In this document: positions 41,401 to 46,394 of the stretch, piece by piece
How positions within the stretch are numbered: the first letter of the stretch is position 1
How the letters are laid out: each line of letters opens with the position of its first letter
From: Candidatus Eiseniibacteriota bacterium
Lineage (GTDB): Bacteria; Eisenbacteria; RBG-16-71-46
Assembly: GCA_031364845.1 (NCBI GenBank)
Contig: JANLWX010000180.1
Span: 1 to 46,394, forward strand
Length of the DNA stretch: 46,394 bases
Reading direction: 5' to 3'
The notes under the pieces: generated by a model
The model's input: the letters and a program-made list of their open reading frames with translations, nothing else
What the model was told of the DNA's origin: nothing
The model's database searches: none
Program-made: the position numbers and the translations under genes

Positions 41401-43491
41401 ATTGAACACGGTGATCACCGTGGTGTCGCGCCCTGTCAGATCATTCGAGGCGCGGAACACCACGAGATACGGCGTCCCGCGCGCGTCGGCGGGCGTCGGC
41501 GTCCATGAGAACGTGCCGGTCTCCTGAATGCCATTCGGAACGAACGTGGCGTTGTGGCCGGCCGGCAGCGCGCTCAGGTCCGCGGCCAGCGTGTCGACGG
41601 TCGCGCCATCGGGATCGGTCGCGTTGACGTCGAAGGTGAGCGGCACGCCGACTTCCACGATCAGATTCCCAGGCGCGGTCACCACCGGCGCGCGGTTGCC
41701 GGGTAGCACGCGGATGCGCGTCGAGGCCGTCGCCGACAGCGCGTTGCTCGCGGTGAACGTGACGAAGTAGTCGGTCGGCCGGCTGTCCTCGAAGCCGGGG
41801 ACCCAGTGAAACGTCCCGCTGGTGTTGCCCCCGCCGGGAGTGAAGCTCGCCATCCCGCTCGGAATCCGGGACAGGTCGGCGACGAGCCCCGTGATCGGAT
41901 TGCCGTCGGCATCGGTCACGGTGACGTTGAAGTCGAGTGCGTTCGACTCGATGACGCTGAGCTGCGCCGGCGCGGTCACGACGGGAGCGGCGTCGCCGGG
42001 CGGCCCGCCGGGCCGCACGAACTCGAACGCTCCACGGTCCGCGAACGGCGTCCCTCCCGCGCCCAGGTTCTGAGTCGAGAGATCGTCGTGGCGCGGAGCT
42101 CCCGCTCCATCGAGCGGTGGCCAATTGGCGATCGCCGAGGTCGCGTTGTCGATCGCAGGTGATCCTGCGAGCAGCCGAAAGTCTCCGGCCGCCGCGTTCA
42201 CGAACAGCGGGTCGATCTGCGTCGAGTGCGAATCGCGGCCGGTCGCGGTGGTGAACTCCGCGATCGTGGCGTAGCGCGGCGTTCCGACGCGGATCGGGAA
42301 CTGCGGTCCGTTGTTCCACCAGATGTTGTAGTCCGACTGGAATCCCACCGAGGAATTGGCGTCGACCCACAGGTCGTATTCATCGGTCGTCAGCCCGTTG
42401 TTGATGCCGATGCAGTTGTACACCTTGGCCGACGGCGCGTTGCCTTCGAACGAGAAGCCGTCCTTGTGGTTCAACGCCGAGACGTCGCCGATGTGCATGA
42501 TGCCGGTCGAGCTCAGGTGGTCGAAGCCGTGGTCGCCGTTCAACCAGGACCGGTTGCTCAGGAACAGGTTGTTGTGCGAGTTGGTCTGCATGTGGAAACC
42601 GGAGTCCTGATTGTGATGGCTCCGATTCGACTCGATCCGGTTGTCGGTCGAGTTCACGAAGTAGTACCCGTTGGCGGCGCGCACGGTGGGCCGCGCGTTG
42701 TCGTGCGACTCGTTGCGCCGCACGATCGAGTTGGCGAGCGCCGAGTGCTGGAAGCCGTGATCGTTGTTGTGATGGGTGAGGCAGTCCTGGATCGTCAGGT
42801 TGGACGAGCTGACGAAGCTGAAGCCGAAACTGTCGGAAAAAGAGACAGTATCGCGGGCGATCGTGGAGAAGGTCGTGGCCGTGAGGAAGATGCCGCGGTC
42901 CTCCGGGTGCACCACGGTGAACCCGCGGATTTCCAGCCATGAGCGGCTGGTCGCCCGGAATCCATAGCTGCGGCGCCCGGCGAGCACGGTGCGCGATCCT
43001 GGATTTCCGCCTCCGGCGTGGACGTAGAGGCCCTGCCCTGAAACAAACCGGAACGAATTGGCCGACAGCACCTCGGGTGCTTCGAGGGAGGGCGTGAGGC
43101 GGACTTCGTCGACGAACACCTGCTTCGGAACCCATGTCACGGCCGTGTTCCGGTAGATATCGCCCGTGTAGAGGGTCCAGTTGCCGGTGCCCGAAAGATT
43201 GTCAGCGCCGTCGACGACGACGTGTCCCTGGGCCTCGAGGATGAACGGCGATCCCGAGGTACCCGATGCGGGAATGACAATCTGCTCGCGATAAGTCCCG
43301 GTTTTCACGATCACCGTGTTCCCGGGAGCCGCCCGCAGATTCACAGCAGCCGTGATCGTGCTGTAAGGAGCGCTCTCGGTGCCGGGGTTCGCATCGGATG
43401 CGGTGGGATGCGATGCATCGACATAGAATGTCGCAGCAACCGAAATCGAGGGACACAGCAAGAGCAGTGCGGCAAAAAGATATCGCTTCAT
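35419..43491 (-). CDS. Giant (about 2690 aa) secreted adhesin/glycan-active protein: beta-helix, 17 cadherin-like Ig repeats, 3 CBM4/9-like domains, FlgD-Ig/CTD
   Basis: Signal peptide MKRYLFAALLLLCPSISVA; repeats DRAP...EG..LSF.V.A.DPDG...LP.GATF...GTF.WTP; three NPSFE domains; DVRGREVATL...GVYFFR. Confidence 0.9.
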   Translation of the reverse strand: MKRYLFAALLLLCPSISVAATFYVDASHPTASDANPGTESAPYSTITAAVNLRAAPGNTVIVKTGTYREQIVIPASGTSGSPFILEAQGHVVVDGADNLSGTGNWTLYTGDIYRNTAVTWVPKQVFVDEVRLTPSLEAPEVLSANSFRFVSGQGLYVHAGGGNPGSRTVLAGRRSYGFRATSRSWLEIRGFTVVHPEDRGIFLTATTFSTIARDTVSFSDSFGFSFVSSSNLTIQDCLTHHNNDHGFQHSALANSIVRRNESHDNARPTVRAANGYYFVNSTDNRIESNRSHHNQDSGFHMQTNSHNNLFLSNRSWLNGDHGFDHLSSTGIMHIGDVSALNHKDGFSFEGNAPSAKVYNCIGINNGLTTDEYDLWVDANSSVGFQSDYNIWWNNGPQFPIRVGTPRYATIAEFTTATGRDSHSTQIDPLFVNAAAGDFRLLAGSPAIDNATSAIANWPPLDGAGAPRHDDLSTQNLGAGGTPFADRGAFEFVRPGGPPGDAAPVVTAPAQLSVIESNALDFNVTVTDADGNPITGLVADLSRIPSGMASFTPGGGNTSGTFHWVPGFEDSRPTDYFVTFTASNALSATASTRIRVLPGNRAPVVTAPGNLIVEVGVPLTFDVNATDPDGATVDTLAADLSALPAGHNATFVPNGIQETGTFSWTPTPADARGTPYLVVFRASNDLTGRDTTVITVFNPTNNLSTNPSFEADTTGWKAYQGTLARVAGGHDGTYAARLTGPANTNPFGLNDSPDWVRPATAGQPYRYSAWVRSSTATGSAQLRIREFTLPGGATAGTALSPLVTLSPTWQKLTLDYTAVGAGTLDFQVLDNPRVASEVFETDDIVIRKYNDLRPVMVAPAARSATEGTLLSFTVSAADPDGEGISSLIAQNLPPGATFTPAPGDTAGTFSWTPGFASAPGPYSVRFIASNALSDTATTVIQVANVDREPAVTAPATATVAEGSNLSFTVRAVDPDGDPISVLTASGLPEGASFNTVPGDTAGTFSWTPGFEDGDFQFTVRFIAENALADTSTTTITVTQTDRIPEVNAPSDASAVEGNEVSFTVLAGDPDGEAISTFVMQNAPPGATFTTNAFKSLGTFRWTPGLDAAPGPYTVTFVASNTATGSDITTIAVANADRAPEITSPLTATVAEGALLSFVVHASDPDGQHMTLSSPDLPPGATFTPNPGDTTGVFNWTPGFDAAPGPYNVSFRAVNALSDTSFTSITVTQVDRAPLVSSPTTSTVAENSALSFLVHALDPDGQPITSLIADNLPAGATFTANPGDTTGSFAWTPGFAAAPGPYAVRFIASNALSGADTTTITVSNTDREPFVAAPKTATFAENAQLSFVVHAADPDGDAIATFVAENLPAGASFTPGAGDTTGTFAWTPGFAAAPGPYDVRFIASNALSGADTTTITVTNTDRAPLVVSPPTATAGEGVLLSFVVHAADPDGDAITAFVGESLPSGATFTPNPGDTSGTFNWTPAVGTPPGPYEVRFVASNALSGADTTVIHLDRAPVVAAPSTATVAEGAPLSFLIHAQDPDGDAMTLTALGLPPGATFTPNKGDTTGTFAWTPGFSAAPGPYNVRFVASNALADSETTVITVTNVDRAPIVAAPTSRSAPEEALLSFVVHAQDPDGDAITSFVALDMPSGSSFTAGAGDTTGTFQWTPPFKTPSGPYDVRFVASNALSGDDTTTITVTNTDRAPIVAAPTTASVSEGALLSFVVHAADPDNEPITSLVAQNLPPGAAFNPDPGDTTGSFTWTPAFAAAPGPYDVRFIASNALSGADTTTITVMNVDRAPNIVAPVTATIAEGALLSFVVHAQDPDGDAMTLTAPNLPPGATFTPHSGDTTATFAWTPGFTVAPALLDVRFVATNGLTSSDTTTITVTNTDRAPVATAPATASVIEGQQVLVQVTASDPDGDPITALSAADLPPGATFVPNGTFTAGTLTWNTTAADGRVAPYNVRFIAQNALSGADTTAITVSESIVNLIANPSFETNLSGWGASGSTTLTRVAGGRGGSWSCRLFSSSSSTFGINDSPNIVPSVTAGRRYRYSAWVKMDVGAGQARLRLREYASNGTNYATLYSGFVTLTGAWQQLTLDHVGVLSGNYLDFQVLDSPAGSGAAFLVDELVAYVVPTITAPPTVTAPANASVNESQQLVVNVTASDPDGDPITSLVANVNGLPAGHGAQFVVNGTKTAGTLTWTPTFNDAPGPYTVTFTASNAQSGSASTSISVGNVDRAPQAVAPAHVALVASTPISFQVTASDPDGQTLDSLVADLSGLPAGHNATFVANGTRTSGTFNWTPQPGNAGPYTILFRARNALLGTASTAISADRAPVVVSPSTATVTEGVLLSFVVRAADPDGQPITSLVALDLPSGASFVAGAGDTNGTFSWTPGFTAAGSYTVRFVASNAQSGADTTAITVNDGVANLAANPSFETNLNGWGTSGTATLSRVAGGRSGDWSCRVASTATGSFGLNDSPNIVTSVTAGQRYRYTAWVKLGTGAGQARLRIREYTTGGTNQATVLSSLVTLTASWQMLTLEHVVQRSGTYLDFQVLDVPAAANAAFLIDDIGVQNVTGTALAVKPMDEAAVAPAGLAPLEVFGAWLAPNPVRSIATLHLVTTRSGPARGRLFDVRGREVATLFDEAMLPAGRHAFAFGSRGSSREKLPAGVYFFRVDAPEGTRNGRLVVIE
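37545..40944 (-). repeat. Block of 12 tandem, diverged ~280-bp coding repeats (Ig-like domains)
   Basis: Counted from the recurring DR.P/DPDG/WTP motifs in the translation; boundaries approximate. Confidence 0.85.
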
Positions 43492-43738
43492 GCGAAACCG
43501 ATCGGATACGAGGAGTGCGAAGAAGGTCAGCGCGGGTGCGATGAGAGGCACCTGCAACTGCTGGCCAAATACGTTAATGGCGGCACACGCCGGTGGACCA
43601 GAGATTTCTCCCGATCTGACGGCGTCCGCCACATGATTGTCACAGTCGCTACATGTACTGCGTGAACAAACTCACCCTGCGCCCGCAATCGTTGACGGGT
43701 CGTTCACCGCTCAACGCGGCCACGAGCAAAAGCCTCTG

Positions 43739-43753
43739 GCAAGTTTGGCGCCA
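43739..43753 (-). promoter_or_regulatory. Sigma54 promoter candidate upstream of the giant gene
   Basis: Minus strand TGGCGC-CAAAC-TTGC, close to the TGGCAC-N5-TTGC consensus. Confidence 0.6.
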
Positions 43754-43856
43754 GCATTCCCGCGCGCAGCACTGTGCGGGAGGCGTCGACGGCGTCTGCT
43801 GGAGGCTTTGGCTGAAGAACGGTTACGACGGGGATCCGCGCCGCCGCCAACCGACC

Positions 43857-44042
43857 CTAACGCTCGGACGGGCCTTTGGAGGACGCGCGAGCGCTTCGCG
43901 GCTTGGTGTTCTTACGTGCGATCGCGCGCTCGTCCACTACGGGCTTCCCATCGGTGTTCGCGTCACGCGGTGAACGCCCGTCACTGGATGCTCCGCGCGC
44001 GGGACGCGCGGATGATTTCCCCTGCTTCTTCTTGAGCGGCAT
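43857..44042 (-). CDS. Small basic, probably disordered protein (61 aa)
   Basis: AGGAG SD 6 nt before ATG; lies in an otherwise non-coding gap; K/R/S-rich. Confidence 0.55.
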   Translation of the reverse strand: MPLKKKQGKSSARPARGASSDGRSPRDANTDGKPVVDERAIARKNTKPRSARASSKGPSER

Positions 44043-44201
44043 GTCGAACTCCTGCTGCGGCCCGGTGAATGAATCGACTCATTGAAGAGTTCATGGATGG
44101 ATGCGCTCGAACCCGCGCGGGGTGCAGGCTCAGATCTTCCGGGTCACATGCGGGTGCGGGCGCAGCATCAACTGCATGCGCCTCGCCACATATCGCGGTG
44201 T

Positions 44202-46160
44202 CTAGATCCTCCCCGACCGGCCGCGATGCTCCTCGATCAACCCGTCGACGACGGTCGGATCGGCGAGCGTCGTGACGTCGCCGAGTCCGGTGTACTCGCC
44301 CGCCGCGATCTTGCGCAGGATGCGGCGCATGATCTTCCCGCTGCGTGTCTTCGGCAGCCCGCTCGCGATGTGGATCACATCGGGTGCCGCGAACCCGCCG
44401 ATCGTGTGGCGGACCTGCTCTTTCAATGCGCCCTCGAGATCGCGCGCATTCGCCTTGGAGAACCCGCTTCCGAGCAGCACGTAGGCATAGATGCCGGTAC
44501 CCTTGATGTCGTGCGGGTAGCCGACCACCGCCGCTTCGGCAACGGATTCGTGCGCCACCAGCGCGCTCTCGATCTCGGCGGTGCCGAGCCGATGCCCGGC
44601 CACGTTGAGCACGTCGTCGATGCGCCCGGTGATCCAGTAGTAGCCGTCCTCGTCGCGCCGGCAACCATCGCCCGTGAAGTAGTAGCCCGGATACTGCGAG
44701 AAATACGTCTCCTTGAAGCGCTGGTGATCGCCCCACACGGTCCGCGCCTGACCCGGCCACGGCGTGGCGAGGCACAGCGCGCCCGAGACGCCGTTGCCTT
44801 CGAGCACCGTGCCCTTTTCGGGATCGAGCACCACCGGCTTCACGCCGAAGAACGGCAGCGTGGCCGAGCCGGGTTTGGTGGGTGTGGCGCCCGGAAGCGG
44901 CGTGATCAGGATTCCGCCGGTTTCGGTCTGCCACCAGGTGTCGACCACCGCACAGCGGCCGTCGCCCACGACATCGTGATACCAGCGCCAGATCTCCGGG
45001 TTGATCGGTTCGCCGACCGAACCCAGGACGCGCAGCGTCTTGCGCGAGTGACGTTTCACGAACTCGTCCCCCGCCTGCGCAATCGCGCGCAGCGCGGTGG
45101 GCGCGGTGTAGAAGATCGTGATGCCGAGGTCATCGACCATGCGCCAGTAGCGGCCGGGGTCGGGATACGTCGGGATCGATTCGAACATCACGGTCGTCGC
45201 CCCGTTGGCGAGCGGACCGTAGACGATGTAGCTGTGACCGGTGATCCATCCGACGTCCGCCGCGCAGCAGTACACGTCATCCGGATGAAGATCGAACACG
45301 ATCTGGTGCGTGACGGCGGCGTACACCATGTAACCGCCGGTCGTGTGCATCACGCCCTTGGGCTTTCCGGTGCTGCCCGAGGTGTAGAGGATGAACAGCG
45401 GATCTTCAGCTCCCATCCACTCCACCGTGCACGTCGAACGCTGGCGGCTGCACTCTTCGTCGAGCCACAGATCGCGCCCCTCGCGCATCGGCACCTCGGT
45501 GTCGGTGCGCCGCGCGACCAGCACGGTCTCGACCACGGCGAGCCCTTCGACCGCTTTGTCGGTGATCGACTTGAGCGGAATCTTCTTGCCGCCCCGCACA
45601 CCTTCGTTCGCCGTGAACACCAATTTGCATCCGGCATCGAGGATACGGTCGCGCAGAGACTCCGCGCTGAATCCGCCGAACACCACCGAATGCACCGCGC
45701 CGATGCGCGCACACGCGAGCATCGCGTAGACGGTTTCGGGGATCATGGGCATGTAGATGCAGATGCGGTCGCCCTTCTGCACGCCGTGCGCGAGCAGCAC
45801 GTTCGCCACGCGACACACCTCGTGCTTCAACTCGCGGTAGCTGATGTGCCGGTAGACGCCGGGTTCGTCCGACGCCCAGATGATCGCGGTTCGCTCCGCG
45901 TGCGTCGGTAGATGACGGTCGACACAGTTGTAGCACGCGTTCAGCCGCCCGCCCGAGAACCACGAGAAGTCGACTTCGCGGTAGTCCGCGTCGAACACCG
46001 TCGTCCACGGATGGAACCACGTGATCGTTATCGCCTGCTCCGCCCAGAAGCCCTCAGGATCCGCGAGCGAGCGATCGTAGAGACGCTGATAATCCTCGAG
46101 CGACGCGACGTGCGCCCGCGCGCGAACATGCGGTTTCACAGGATGGATCTCGTGCGACAC
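44202..46160 (-). CDS. acs: Acetyl-CoA synthetase (AMP-forming)
   Basis: [48 protein letters not shown] before GTG 46160. Confidence 0.97.
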   Translation of the reverse strand: MSHEIHPVKPHVRARAHVASLEDYQRLYDRSLADPEGFWAEQAITITWFHPWTTVFDADYREVDFSWFSGGRLNACYNCVDRHLPTHAERTAIIWASDEPGVYRHISYRELKHEVCRVANVLLAHGVQKGDRICIYMPMIPETVYAMLACARIGAVHSVVFGGFSAESLRDRILDAGCKLVFTANEGVRGGKKIPLKSITDKAVEGLAVVETVLVARRTDTEVPMREGRDLWLDEECSRQRSTCTVEWMGAEDPLFILYTSGSTGKPKGVMHTTGGYMVYAAVTHQIVFDLHPDDVYCCAADVGWITGHSYIVYGPLANGATTVMFESIPTYPDPGRYWRMVDDLGITIFYTAPTALRAIAQAGDEFVKRHSRKTLRVLGSVGEPINPEIWRWYHDVVGDGRCAVVDTWWQTETGGILITPLPGATPTKPGSATLPFFGVKPVVLDPEKGTVLEGNGVSGALCLATPWPGQARTVWGDHQRFKETYFSQYPGYYFTGDGCRRDEDGYYWITGRIDDVLNVAGHRLGTAEIESALVAHESVAEAAVVGYPHDIKGTGIYAYVLLGSGFSKANARDLEGALKEQVRHTIGGFAAPDVIHIASGLPKTRSGKIMRRILRKIAAGEYTGLGDVTTLADPTVVDGLIEEHRGRSGRI

Positions 46161-46254
46161 GGCACTCCTCCCAGGGATGGACACGCGTAAGGCGCCCGGA
46201 CCGGGCGCAGTCTAGCGGGGTCGCATCGGCGTCCGCCAGCGGGTTCACGCAGCC

Positions 46255-46394
46255 TGTAGAGAGCACATGATGTGACCGCTCAGCGGCGGGGGTGATAGAC
46301 CGGCGGCTTCTCCCACCCAGGAGGAGCTGATGCAGGCCTATTCACCCACCGCCAAGGAGCGAGCGATGAAGATGCGAGAGGTATTACTGGAGGC
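46255..46394 (+). mobile_element. Left end of an insertion sequence (ISNCY/IS1202- or IS481-like), truncated by the window edge
   Basis: TGT-initiated end TGTAGAGAGCACATGATGTGACCGCT followed by the start of a transposase-like ORF. Confidence 0.55.
46330..46394 (+). CDS. 5' fragment of a probable transposase
   Basis: GGAGGAG SD; MQAYSPTAKERAMKMREVLLE resembles the ERAMK.QEVIL.A N-terminus I recall from ISNCY-type transposases. Confidence 0.55.
   Translation, partial: MQAYSPTAKERAMKMREVLLE

Noticed and set aside
43492..43632. Longer N-terminus for the giant protein
   Set aside because: A canonical signal peptide begins at ATG 43491, so the upstream frame is more likely leader sequence, though this is not excluded.

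Overview
High-GC bacterial chromosomal window with about 31 protein-coding genes, mostly on the minus strand. I see no rRNA, tRNA or CRISPR array. The gene content (FlgD-Ig/T9SS-CTD-like tails, a SWGxxKxxYR C-terminal motif) resembles FCB-group candidate phyla such as Ca. Eisenbacteria; this is inference. Housekeeping and metabolic genes (ppa, acs, PLP aminotransferase, Ser/Thr dehydratase, GNATs, AmpG-like MFS, DinB, O-methyltransferase) are interspersed with a large secreted and surface-protein complement. Main highlights: (1) a membrane-anchored DUF3179 selenoprotein that the ORF track splits in two, with an in-frame TGA in a U-x-x-C motif followed by a SECIS-like hairpin; (2) three large secreted proteins of about 1250, 1690 and 2690 aa built from a shared module kit (beta-helix, Cys-rich propeller-like domain, PKD, cadherin-like Ig repeats, CBM4/9-like domain, purple acid phosphatase, C-terminal sorting domain), one carrying the propeller inserted inside a PKD domain and probably starting at CTG; (3) an AhpD-like CxxC protein translationally coupled to a mycofactocin-type SDR; (4) a stand-alone FTP-PepSY propeptide lipoprotein and a truncated TIMP-like gene; (5) sigma54-type promoters; (6) the left end of an IS at the right edge. 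All family assignments come from reading motifs by eye, not from database searches.
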